The translations under genes and the position numbers were made by a program. From an uncultured delta proteobacterium (lineage in GTDB: Bacteria; Myxococcota_A; Polyangia; Polyangiales; Houyiibacteriaceae): a DNA stretch of 64,000 nt. Location of the stretch: the NCBI GenBank assembly GCA_963753395.1, contig CAVWBW010000009.1, positions 2,633-66,632 on the forward strand. Direction: 5' to 3'. Below are positions 34,805 to 44,158 of the stretch, piece after piece (the stretch's first letter is position 1; each line of letters begins with the position of its first letter). The notes beneath the pieces are model-generated. The model worked only from the letters and a program-made list of their open reading frames with translations, had not been told where the DNA came from and ran no database searches.

Positions 34805-35686
34805 ATGTCGATTGAGCTGAGCTGGGATCGCCTTCGGGTATTCGTAGCCGCGGCGAGCGAGGGCTCGATTTCAGGCGCGGCGCGGGCTCTTGGGATGAGT
34901 CAGCCAACTGCGGGGCGGCAGGTGCAGGCGCTCGAATCGGAGCTCGGCGTGCAGCTCTTCAGTCGCACCGCGCGTGGGCTCGCGCTCACGGAGACAGGGA
35001 TGGAGCTGCTGGAGCATGCGCAGGCGATGGCCGGGGCCGCGAACCGTCTCGCGCTGGCGGCCGAGGGGCGCTCCGAATCGGTGGCCGGAGTCGTGCGGAT
35101 TACGGCGAGCGAGGTTGTCGCGACGTACACGCTGCCTCCGATTCTGACCCGGCTTCACGACGCGGAACCCGAGATTGAAATCGAGCTCGTGGCGTCGAAC
35201 GCGACCGAGAACCTCTTGCAGCGCGAGGCAGACATCGCTGTGCGCATGTACCGACCGACGCAAGCCGATGTCATCGCGCGCAGCATGGGGGAGATTGAGG
35301 CGGCGACCTTTGCCTCGGAGGAGTATCTCGCGCGGCGGGGGTGCCCATCCAAAGTCGAAGAGCTGCTCGGGCACGATGTGGTGGGCTACGACCGCGCCGA
35401 CATCATCATCCGCGGCTTTCGCGCGGTGGGCGTTGACGTCGACCGGCGCTTCTTCGCGTTTCGTTCGGACGACCAGGTGGTGGCGTGGCGGATGGTCGTT
35501 GAAGGGTTTGGGATTGGGTTCATGCAGGGTTGGATTGGCGATGCCGAACCACGCGTGCGGCGCATCCTTCCGGAGCTCGACCTGGCTCCGATGCCGATGT
35601 GGCTGACAGCGCACTCGGAGCTCAAGACGAATCGGCGGATCCGGCGCGTGTATGACTTCCTGGCGGAGGAGTTGGCGCTTCCGTGA
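34805..35686 (+). CDS. LysR-family transcriptional regulator
   Basis: The N-terminal HTH is ISGAARALGMSQPTAGRQVQALE. The 293-aa length is typical. Confidence 0.9.
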   Translation: MSIELSWDRLRVFVAAASEGSISGAARALGMSQPTAGRQVQALESELGVQLFSRTARGLALTETGMELLEHAQAMAGAANRLALAAEGRSESVAGVVRITASEVVATYTLPPILTRLHDAEPEIEIELVASNATENLLQREADIAVRMYRPTQADVIARSMGEIEAATFASEEYLARRGCPSKVEELLGHDVVGYDRADIIIRGFRAVGVDVDRRFFAFRSDDQVVAWRMVVEGFGIGFMQGWIGDAEPRVRRILPELDLAPMPMWLTAHSELKTNRRIRRVYDFLAEELALP

Positions 35687-35764
35687 CCTTGGCGGACTGG
35701 GGATGAAAGCCTGGCATAGGGAGAGACGCTCGGGTTCGTGCTAGAGCACGGGCCAGGCGTCTCC

Positions 35765-36691
35765 ATGCAATCCATCATCTCCATCGAAAAGCTCAACAAG
35801 ACCTACGAGTCGGGGTTCGTGGCGCTTCGGGATGTGGACCTCGAGATTGCGCGCGGGGAGATCTTTGCGCTCTTGGGGCCCAACGGCGCAGGGAAGACGA
35901 CGCTCATCAGCATCGTTTGCGGGATCGTGAACCCGACTTCGGGCGTGGCGCGGGTCGATGGGCACGATGTGGTGACGGAGTATCGGGCGTCGCGCGCGAT
36001 GATTGGGTTGGTGCCCCAAGAGCTTTCGACCGACGCGTTTGAGACTGTTTGGGCGACGGTGAACTTCAGCCGGGGGCTCTTTGGGAAGGCGCCTGATGCT
36101 GCGCACATCGAGAAGCTACTCCGGCAGCTTTCGCTTTGGGACAAGAAGGACGAGAAGATCAAAGACCTCTCGGGGGGGATGAAGCGGCGGGTGATGATTG
36201 CGAAGGCCTTGTCGCATGAGCCGCTGATTCTGTTTCTCGATGAGCCCACGGCCGGCGTGGATGTCGAGCTTCGCCGGGACATGTGGGAGATGGTTCGGGG
36301 GCTTCGCGAGAGCGGGGTGACCATCATTTTGACGACGCACTACATCGAAGAAGCCGAGGAGATGGCCGACCGGATTGGGGTGATGAGCAAGGGGGAAATC
36401 ATCTTGGTCGAGGAGAAGGAGACGCTGATGCGGAAGCTCGGCAAGAAGCAGTTGAGGCTGCACTTGCAGGAGCCGCTGGCTCGCATTCCCGAGGAGCTCC
36501 TCGGGCACCCGCTCGAGCTTTCCTCGGATGGAACCGAGCTCGTGTACACCTTCAATGCGCAGGGGGAGCACACGGGGATTGCTGCGCTCTTACGGAAGCT
36601 CAATGAGCACGGGGTGCACTACAAGGACATCCAATCGACCGAGAGCTCGCTCGAGGAGATTTTCGTGAGCCTGGTGAACGAGACGCGATGA
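35765..36691 (+). CDS. ABC transporter ATP-binding protein (ABC-2 exporter type)
   Basis: Walker A is GPNGAGKTT, the signature is LSGGMKRR and Walker B is [12 protein letters not shown]. Confidence 0.9.
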   Translation: MQSIISIEKLNKTYESGFVALRDVDLEIARGEIFALLGPNGAGKTTLISIVCGIVNPTSGVARVDGHDVVTEYRASRAMIGLVPQELSTDAFETVWATVNFSRGLFGKAPDAAHIEKLLRQLSLWDKKDEKIKDLSGGMKRRVMIAKALSHEPLILFLDEPTAGVDVELRRDMWEMVRGLRESGVTIILTTHYIEEAEEMADRIGVMSKGEIILVEEKETLMRKLGKKQLRLHLQEPLARIPEELLGHPLELSSDGTELVYTFNAQGEHTGIAALLRKLNEHGVHYKDIQSTESSLEEIFVSLVNETR

Positions 36692-37449
36692 GTTTCTATT
36701 CGATTCGAGCGATTTACTTGTTTGAGATGGCGCGCACGGGGCGCACGCTGATGCAGAGCATCGTCGCGCCGGTACTCTCGACCTCGCTCTACTTCATCGT
36801 CTTTGGGTCGGCGATTGGGTCGCGGATGGTGGAGATTGATGGGGTCAGCTACGGGGCGTTCATCGTCCCGGGACTGACGATGCTGTCGTTGCTCAACCAG
36901 AGCGTGTCGAACGCGTCGTTCGGGATTTACATGCCGAAGTTCTCGGGGACGATTTACGAGGTGCTCTCGGCGCCGATTTCGTATGTCGAGATTCTCATTG
37001 GCTATGTCGGGGCGGCGGCCACGAAGTCGACGGTGCTTGGGATTCTCATCTTGGTGACGGCTCGCTTCTTCGTGGACTACGAGATTGCGCACCCGTTTTG
37101 GATGGTTGGCTTTTTGGTGCTCACGGCGGTGACGTTCAGCTTGTTTGGGTTCATCCTCGGCGTCTGGGCCGATGGCTTCGAGAAGCTCCAGGTGGTGCCG
37201 ATGATGATTATCACGCCGCTCACCTTTCTCGGCGGAAGCTTCTACTCCATCGACATGCTCCCGCCCTTTTGGCAGAAGGTGACGCTGCTCAATCCGGTGG
37301 TGTACTTGATTAGCGCCTTCCGCTGGAGCTTCTACGGGCTCTCGGATGTGAGTGTGACGCTGAGCGCGGGGATGATTGTGCTGTTTCTCGCGGTGTGCCT
37401 GGTGGTCGTGCGCTGGATGTTCAAGAGCGGGTATCGACTTCGGGCCTAG
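36688..37449 (+). CDS. ABC-2 type transporter permease
   Basis: Its start overlaps the ATPase stop (ATGA). It has six hydrophobic segments. Confidence 0.9.
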   Translation: MSFYSIRAIYLFEMARTGRTLMQSIVAPVLSTSLYFIVFGSAIGSRMVEIDGVSYGAFIVPGLTMLSLLNQSVSNASFGIYMPKFSGTIYEVLSAPISYVEILIGYVGAAATKSTVLGILILVTARFFVDYEIAHPFWMVGFLVLTAVTFSLFGFILGVWADGFEKLQVVPMMIITPLTFLGGSFYSIDMLPPFWQKVTLLNPVVYLISAFRWSFYGLSDVSVTLSAGMIVLFLAVCLVVVRWMFKSGYRLRA

Positions 37450-37946
37450 CGCTCGAGCTGTTGCATGATTTGACTGTGGTAGCCCTCGGCGCGTTCTTCG
37501 GAGAAGTGGTCGAGGCAGAGAACACACAAGCCGAGGACTAGGGTTGCAAGACCGATGGCGCGTCCGAGCGGGGTGGGCTTCCAGAGGAACACACCGAGGC
37601 CGAGGATGATGATGAGCGAGAAGCTGTACATCGTGTACGGGTACCACTTGATGAAGGCTTCCGTGCGTTCGCGTTCGGCTTGGACGAACGCTGCGGGGCT
37701 TTCGGCGTAGGCAGCACTGAACTTCGGAATGCGGGCCTGGTTGCTGAAGTTCATCGAGAGGCCGACGAGCAGTGCGAGCGCACCGACGAATAGGAGCGGG
37801 ATGAACATGGCGCGTGCCGATGGGGTGCTGCCGACGCGCCAGAAGATGAGGGCCAACGCGAGTATGACGGCGCCGAAGAGGGCCAGCATGCGGCCTTCGA
37901 AGATTTCGCCTCGGCACCAGGCGATGGTGTGTTCGATGAATTCCAT
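37446..37946 (-). CDS. membrane protein, hypothetical
   Basis: A 166-aa ORF with four hydrophobic segments. Confidence 0.65.
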   Translation of the reverse strand: MEFIEHTIAWCRGEIFEGRMLALFGAVILALALIFWRVGSTPSARAMFIPLLFVGALALLVGLSMNFSNQARIPKFSAAYAESPAAFVQAERERTEAFIKWYPYTMYSFSLIIILGLGVFLWKPTPLGRAIGLATLVLGLCVLCLDHFSEERAEGYHSQIMQQLER

Positions 37947-37968
37947 GGGCTTGCGGGGTCCTTCCGAG

Positions 37969-40527
37969 TTACTGCGTCTGCACCGGCGCGCCCGTCGTCC
38001 AGACGCCTAGCTGGAGCTCGCATCCCAGCTGGAGCTCGCCGACCGAAGGCCAGTCGCCTCCGGGCATGAAGTGGGTGATGAGGCCGCGAAAGCCCAGTTG
38101 AACGGAGTCATCGGTGTAGTCGCACTGGCCGATTTGCCCGGCGGTTGGGCAGGGGTCCTCCGAGCACACCAATCCGCCGCCCATCGAACAGGTTTGCTCG
38201 AATGTCGGTGCGATGGCTGCGTTGGGGTAAATGTCGATGCAGGACCACGGATCTTGCGATGCGTAGTAGCTGCCCACGAGGTCGCCACCTGGGTCTGCGC
38301 CGCAACCAGCGGACGGCATCTGAAAGCGGCCGTTGATGGGGACTGCGTTGACGACGGTTTCGTCGCCGACGCGGCGCCAATGACAGATGGTGCCACTGAC
38401 GGTGGCGACGAGGTCGTCTTCTTTGCTGAACGATGTGATGTCGACATCCACGGAGTCGCCACACTCGCCCTCACCCAAGCCGCCCGCGAACCCCTCGGTG
38501 GGCATGTCGCTCGCGGTGAAGAGGACGCTGGCAATGGCGGGGAATTCCCCAACTTGGCCGGTGCAATCCATGGTGCGGCCATCGTGACCGACGATGAAGA
38601 GCGTGGCCGTGGGGACGGGGTTTTCGTCGAGCTGGGCGAGCTGGATCTGCCAGACGGTGCGGCCTTCCTCGTCGACGATGGCCGTCGGTAGTGGCGCAAA
38701 GACGAAGTCGCCGCGCGCCGTGCCGCCACTGCCGACGGTGAGATGCCAAAGAGATTCGATGGCGGGGCCGACGGTGAGCTTGATGCGGTGACGGCTGTCG
38801 GCGCTGGCAGGGCCTTCGGCGAGCGTGACACGGGCCTCGATTTCAAGCTCGGTTGGGGAGCTGATTGCTTGATTGAAGCCGACCGCGCGCGTCATGAACG
38901 TCACACCGTCGTTCGGTTCGTCGACATCCCATTCCGGGCTGATGGCGTTGCCGTTGCCGTCGTAGAACCGAAGCTTGTAGCCTTTGAGCTCATCTGCTTC
39001 CAGCTCGCCAAAGCCGACGATCTTGACGGTGACATCGACGATGGTGTCGCCGTCGTCGTTGATTTCGCGGGCGTCGAGCATGCCGCCTTCGTCGGGCATG
39101 GGCTCACCGACGATGGGATCGATGATGCTTACGATTTCGCGAATGCGCGCGCTCCCGCCGCCGCCCCAGGTTTGCTCTTTGAGCTCGGTGGTCTTGCCGT
39201 CCCAGGTGTGTGAGTGCTGCGTCGAGAGCGTCAGTCGGCGATACGCTTCATCGGCGGTTTCGCCTTGCGTGATGAGGCGGTCGAAAAGAACCGCGGTGGC
39301 GAGGTCGTCCTGGTCGGCGCCGACGGGCTCGGTCCAGCCAAAGACGACGCTCGCGTTCGCGGCGGTACCACGGAGCGGGACCGCGAGGCTCGAACAGACG
39401 GATAGGTGCACCAGCACGTTGTCGAGGCCGCCGGCGTAGTGCGTCGAATACCAGGCCTCGTCGTAGTAGATGAAGTCGAGGAACGCGCCCTGGCGGACGA
39501 GCGGGCCACCCTCCTCGCCCTGCCCTGGAACGGAAACGCTGCCGATGTCGAGTTGTCCGCAGGCTTGGCCCTTTTGTTCGAGCTCTTGCACTTCATCGTC
39601 GCGGAAGGTCCGCCAGCGCTGGAGCTGGTCGGTTGTCATTTGGGCTTCGGCTTGCGGGCGCTCGAGGCCCATGAGCCAGGCAATCGGCTTGCCGTTCTTG
39701 AGCACCTCCCCGCCACCGCCGGTGGCCGTCTCGACGCCGATCCAGCGGTTGATACCGCATTGCTTCGCGGAAAAGATCGCGGTGTAGTCGGGGTCGTCCC
39801 TCTCCGGCAGATAGGCGCCGTGGGACAGGACCCAGACGAAGCGGTAGTCGTTCCAGTTGGCGAAGTATGTATCGGGGATCTGGTCGTCTTCGAAGTACTC
39901 GACCGTGTCGTAGTCGTGGAGCTCTCGCAGGCGCTGTCTCCACGCATCCGTGTCCGTCCCGAACTGAAACTGGAACGGATTGACGATGAGGGCCTTCTTC
40001 TTGAGCTTCGTCTCGGAGCCGTCCTCGCGAAGAACGCTCTTCCGGCCAAATGACGCCGCGGCGGGGGCTGGCAGCGGAGCGGGCTCGGCACCCTCGGCAA
40101 ACGGCGGGGCCGGCATGAGCGGGTAGTCGCGACCGATGGCGATGAGCCAATGCGCGGAGCCGCCCTCGACCCGGAAGCGGAGGCGGTCGTCCGCTGCGAC
40201 CACATCCACGACGCCTTCTTGGTCGCGAAGCCAGTCGGCAATCTCGGTGTAGGTGAGTCCCTCGGATCGCTTCGACTGGATCTCGCCCTTGTAGCGTTCG
40301 GAGAGCTCGATGGCGGAATCGCTTTGCTCGGCGGGGGAGCATGGGTAGCCATCAGTTTCGCAGGGCGCGAGCTGGACGCGTTCGCGGCCCCCGGAGCCGC
40401 CACCACCGCCAATGCCGCCAGTGCCGACGGTGCCGCCAGTGCCGCCGGGAGCCTCGTTGGTGGAGCCCGCGCATGCCGCGGCGAGCGCCGCGACAAGAAG
40501 GAGCCCGAGAGAGGTGGGACGCGCCAT
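37969..40527 (-). CDS. large lipoprotein, hypothetical (852 aa)
   Basis: The signal and lipobox are MARPTSLGLLLVAALAAAC, followed by a Gly-rich linker (GGTGGTVGTGGIGGGGGSGG). The ORF is intact. Confidence 0.8.
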   Translation of the reverse strand: MARPTSLGLLLVAALAAACAGSTNEAPGGTGGTVGTGGIGGGGGSGGRERVQLAPCETDGYPCSPAEQSDSAIELSERYKGEIQSKRSEGLTYTEIADWLRDQEGVVDVVAADDRLRFRVEGGSAHWLIAIGRDYPLMPAPPFAEGAEPAPLPAPAAASFGRKSVLREDGSETKLKKKALIVNPFQFQFGTDTDAWRQRLRELHDYDTVEYFEDDQIPDTYFANWNDYRFVWVLSHGAYLPERDDPDYTAIFSAKQCGINRWIGVETATGGGGEVLKNGKPIAWLMGLERPQAEAQMTTDQLQRWRTFRDDEVQELEQKGQACGQLDIGSVSVPGQGEEGGPLVRQGAFLDFIYYDEAWYSTHYAGGLDNVLVHLSVCSSLAVPLRGTAANASVVFGWTEPVGADQDDLATAVLFDRLITQGETADEAYRRLTLSTQHSHTWDGKTTELKEQTWGGGGSARIREIVSIIDPIVGEPMPDEGGMLDAREINDDGDTIVDVTVKIVGFGELEADELKGYKLRFYDGNGNAISPEWDVDEPNDGVTFMTRAVGFNQAISSPTELEIEARVTLAEGPASADSRHRIKLTVGPAIESLWHLTVGSGGTARGDFVFAPLPTAIVDEEGRTVWQIQLAQLDENPVPTATLFIVGHDGRTMDCTGQVGEFPAIASVLFTASDMPTEGFAGGLGEGECGDSVDVDITSFSKEDDLVATVSGTICHWRRVGDETVVNAVPINGRFQMPSAGCGADPGGDLVGSYYASQDPWSCIDIYPNAAIAPTFEQTCSMGGGLVCSEDPCPTAGQIGQCDYTDDSVQLGFRGLITHFMPGGDWPSVGELQLGCELQLGVWTTGAPVQTQ

Positions 40528-40719
40528 CCGAGGGTTGTATGGCAGCGCGCCCCTGTGAATCAACGACGGAGTCGATGTCTGTATGGCAGGGCACATTGTG
40601 ATACGGGGTCACCCTGGCACTAATTGACGATTTATCGGCGGGCGGGTCGGTGTTGCGGGCGGCGTCGAGGGGCCATTCTCAGTGCATGTTTCGGGCGGAG
40701 TGCCCCTGGAGGTCTGCGG

Positions 40720-41956
40720 ATGTCGTTTCTGAACCCTGTATTTGCGACCGAGAACGTGAGCTACCGCGACGGGAAGCGTTACGCGTGGCTGCTGTCGCTC
40801 TTGCTGCCGGCGGTGCTTGGGTGCGGGCCTTTGTTCTACCTCTGGACGGGGTCGGTGGCGGCGATGTGGATTCCGGCGCTGCTGGTGTACGGCCTGATTC
40901 CGCTCCTCGATGCGAGTGATTGGGGAAGACCGGAGCAACCCGCCCGAGGAGGTGGTGCCGCTGCTCGAGGCGGATGGGTTCTACCGCTGGGCGGCGTATG
41001 CGCTGGTGCCGGTGCTCTGGCTCGGGTTTCTTGGGAACGCGTACTTCGTCGGCAGGGAGGACCTGCCTTGGACGGCGGTTCTCGCGATTGTGGTGAACAC
41101 CGGCATTCTCTGTGGGGTCGCCATCAACCTCGGGCATGAGCTCGGCCACAAGAAGTCGAAGCTCGACCGGGGGTTGGCGACCTCGGTGCTCGCGATGTCG
41201 GCGTATGGGCACTTTGCGATTGACCACAACCGCGGGCACCACCGCTACGTGGCGACGCCGGACGATTGCGCTTCATCGGGCATGGGGGAGAACCTTTACG
41301 GTTTTGCGCTTCGCGAGCTGCCGGGGGCGTTCTTTCGCGCGTGGCGCCTCGAGGCCGGGCGCTTAGAGCGACATGAGCAGCGGGTGTGGTCGTTGCACAA
41401 CGAGATTGTGCGGGCCGGGCTCATCACCGTTGCGGTGTCGGTTGGGCTGGTGGTGGCGTTTGGTCCCATGATGGTTCCGTATCTCGCTGCGACCTATTTC
41501 ATCGGCGCGTTTCATCTGACGATGGCGAACTACGTCGAGCACTACGGCTTACTCCGGCAGAAGCGGCCGAACGGCCACTACGAGCGCTGTCAGCCGCACC
41601 ATTCGTGGAACAGCAACCACGCGGTCTCAAACTGGGCGCTCTATCACTTGCAGCGGCACTCGGACCACCACGCGAACCCGGGGCGGCGGTATCAGTCGCT
41701 CCGGCACTTCGAGGGGCTGCCTACGCTGCCGAGCGGGTACTTTGGGATGTTTTTGGTCGCCGTGGTGCCACCGCTTTGGTTTCGGGTGATGAACCCGCTG
41801 CTTCTCGAGCATGTGGACCGGGATCCGGCGCGGATCCATTTCCACCCGAAACGGCGCGAAGAGCTCTGCGCTCGGTACGGGCTTGCGGTGGATGAACCCG
41901 CCGACCTATCTTCGTCGAACTACGACGATGGGCGGGCCGCAGAACAAGCAGCGTGA
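40720..41956 (+). pseudogene. alkB: alkane 1-monooxygenase (AlkB-type membrane di-iron hydroxylase), one frame break
   Basis: Histidine boxes HELGHK, NRGHH, HYG and LQRHSDHH are present. The N-terminal TM segment (MSFLNPVF...IPLLDA) is in another frame. One extra base near 40915 separates LLDA from VIGEDRSNPPEE. Confidence 0.85.
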
Positions 41957-43010
41957 CGATGGCGAAGCGCCCGATGCGGCGCACCTTCGGCCGAGCCTCG
42001 ATCCGACTTACGCGAGGTTGCTTGCCGCAGAGCTGAAACGGCGCGGATTTTCGGACAGCAAGATTTTCGAGGGAACGCGGCTTTCGTGGACGCAGCTGCT
42101 CGAGGAGGAGCGCTTCCTGAGCTTCGAGCAGTTTCGGCGGCTGGCGCGGCGGGGGATGGAGCTCACCAGCGAGGGTTGGCTCGGACTCGACGTGGGGCGG
42201 TCGACGCAGATTTCATCGCACGGGCCGTTGGGGTACGCGATGGTGGCGAGCTCGAACGTTGGGCAGGTGCTCGAGCTGGCGGAGCGGTACTCGGCGCTGC
42301 GGTTGCAGATTGCGGCGTTTGGAGTGGAGCGTGGCGGCGGGCGTGTGCGGCTCCGTATCGACGACGCCCTGGGTTGGGGGGACGTCGACGAGTACGTGGG
42401 CCTGCACATCGTTGGGGCGATTTGCTTGTTGCTCGAGACGGTGAGTGGGATGCCACTGCCCGATACGCGAGTTGCGTTTGCGCATGCTGAGCCCGCGTGG
42501 GTTTCGGAGTATGAGACGCGGCTTCGCGGGGTGACGCTCGAGTTCGGTGCGGGCGCGGGGATGATTGACATGCCGGAAGCGTTTGCGGCGGCGCCTTGCA
42601 TCACGGCGGATGCGACCGCGTTTCGGCAGGCGGTGCGCTTGTGTGAGCGGGCCGAGGAGCGGCGAGAGGGCGATGGGGATGTGGCGCAACGCGTGCTCGA
42701 CCGACTTCTCGACCGGCAGGGCGACTATCCGACCCTGACCGAGATGGCGAAGAACCTCTACATGTCGAATCGGACGCTGATTCGAAAGCTGAAGGCGCAG
42801 GGCACTTCGTATCAGATGCTGCTCGATGACGTGCGGCAGGAGCTCGCTGTTTGGTACCTGCGACACAGCGATATGTCGGTCGAGGCGATTGCGGAGAGGC
42901 TCGGGTATCGGGACACGACGAACTTCAGTCGAACGTGCAAGCGCTGGTTCGGGCTGACGCCGCGGGCGATTCGTGGCGGGCTGGCCAGGGAGGCCGGCCA
43001 GGCGGATTGA
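41928..43010 (+). CDS. AraC-family transcriptional regulator
   Basis: The C-terminal HTH is ...NRTLIRKLKAQGTSYQMLLDDVRQELAVWYL...IAERLGYRDTTNFSRTCKRWFGLTP. It overlaps the end of alkB. Confidence 0.85.
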   Translation: MGGPQNKQRDDGEAPDAAHLRPSLDPTYARLLAAELKRRGFSDSKIFEGTRLSWTQLLEEERFLSFEQFRRLARRGMELTSEGWLGLDVGRSTQISSHGPLGYAMVASSNVGQVLELAERYSALRLQIAAFGVERGGGRVRLRIDDALGWGDVDEYVGLHIVGAICLLLETVSGMPLPDTRVAFAHAEPAWVSEYETRLRGVTLEFGAGAGMIDMPEAFAAAPCITADATAFRQAVRLCERAEERREGDGDVAQRVLDRLLDRQGDYPTLTEMAKNLYMSNRTLIRKLKAQGTSYQMLLDDVRQELAVWYLRHSDMSVEAIAERLGYRDTTNFSRTCKRWFGLTPRAIRGGLAREAGQAD

Positions 43011-43099
43011 GTGGGGCGGGGCGGCGACTGTTGGCGCGGAGTTGGATGACGCGGCAGCGCGGCGGTATTCTCGCGAGCATCATCACGAGGGGGGAAGTC

Positions 43100-43735
43100 A
43101 TGACGGGGACTCGATTGCACATCATTGCACTGGTGGCGGCGGGCGCTTTGGCCGCGTGTACAGACGTGAGCGGCGGCAGCGGCGCAGGCGGCGGTGCGGG
43201 AGCCGGTGGCGCGGCGGGCATGGGTGGCGTTGGTGGCACGGCCGGGGTTGGCGGCGCTGCCGGGGTTGGTGGCATGGGCGGCGGCAGCGGCGCAGGTGGC
43301 GGTGCGGGAGCCGGTGGCACAGCCGGGGTTGGCGGCGCTGCCGGGGTTGGTGGCATGGGCGGCGTTGGAGGTGGAACCGACAGTCCGCCAGAAGCGACCA
43401 TCACCGAGCCGGCGACGGACTCGGGGACCGGCAACGGGGACTACACCTATGACGCCTACGACAGCGACCTCGAGCTCTGGTACAAGGACGTGACGTTGGT
43501 GGGGACCGGTATGGACCTCGAAGACGGCGCGCTCAGCGGTGACTCGCTGGTTTGGAAAACCGACCAGACGGCGATTCAAGAGGAAGTGCTTGGTACGGGG
43601 GAGAGCGTCACCGTGCGACTCTACTCGGACGATTGCTTTGGTGTGACGCACGTGATTACGCTCGAGGCAACGGACAGCAGCGAGCAGACGACGGAGTCCG
43701 CACCACGAACCTTGTTCATCTGGACGCTCTGCTGA
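43100..43735 (+). CDS. lipoprotein with a long Gly/Ala-rich linker
   Basis: The signal and lipobox are MTGTRLHIIALVAAGALAAC, followed by a linker of about 70 aa of G/A/M/V/T and then a globular tail. Confidence 0.7.
   Translation: MTGTRLHIIALVAAGALAACTDVSGGSGAGGGAGAGGAAGMGGVGGTAGVGGAAGVGGMGGGSGAGGGAGAGGTAGVGGAAGVGGMGGVGGGTDSPPEATITEPATDSGTGNGDYTYDAYDSDLELWYKDVTLVGTGMDLEDGALSGDSLVWKTDQTAIQEEVLGTGESVTVRLYSDDCFGVTHVITLEATDSSEQTTESAPRTLFIWTLC
43171..43366 (+). repeat. tandem duplication (about 108-nt period) inside the Gly-rich linker
   Basis: ggcggcagcggcgcaggYggcggtgcgggagccggtggc...ggggttggcggcgctgccggggttggtggcatgggcggc occurs twice. Unit 1 carries an extra 27 nt. Confidence 0.8.
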
Positions 43736-43739
43736 GCGA

Positions 43740-43940
43740 GTGGAGGCGCGTGGCATGGGCGGAGCGAATCGGGATACGTGGGGTGTGTTGTTGGTCCTCG
43801 TGCTGATCGCGGCGTTTGAGCTCTTTCGGCCGGCGCCTGCGCTGACGCAGCGGGATGTGGGCGATTACATGCGGGACGTCGTCTATGAGCTGCGAGGGAT
43901 TCGAAAGGAGCTGTCGTCGATTGAGCGGAAGCTGAAGTGA
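43740..43940 (+). CDS. small membrane protein
   Basis: It has a TM helix (WGVLLVLVLIAAFELF) and is followed directly by hairpin element copy 3. The start may be the ATG at 43755. Confidence 0.45.
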   Translation: MEARGMGGANRDTWGVLLVLVLIAAFELFRPAPALTQRDVGDYMRDVVYELRGIRKELSSIERKLK

Positions 43941-43945
43941 TGGCA

Positions 43946-43981
43946 ACAGGCCGCGCGGCCTGTTGTTTTTTTCGTGTTTTT
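43946..43981 (+). terminator. hairpin plus T-tract element, copy 3
   Basis: It has one substitution relative to copies 1 and 2. It is the only copy positioned as a conventional terminator, 6 nt after a + strand stop codon. Confidence 0.7.
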
Positions 43982-44158
43982 GGGCAACCCCGGCGGGGCA
44001 TGGCCGATGAAGGAGCATGGCCTGGCCGGTAGCGTCGCGACTCAAGACGGAATCTTGGCGGGGCAGTCGGTGTTGCGGCGCGCCGGCCCAGGCCATTTCT
44101 ACTGGTGGAGAGCTGCATCGCGGGTTGTTCTTCGCGCGGATTCTTGCGAGCCTTCGGC

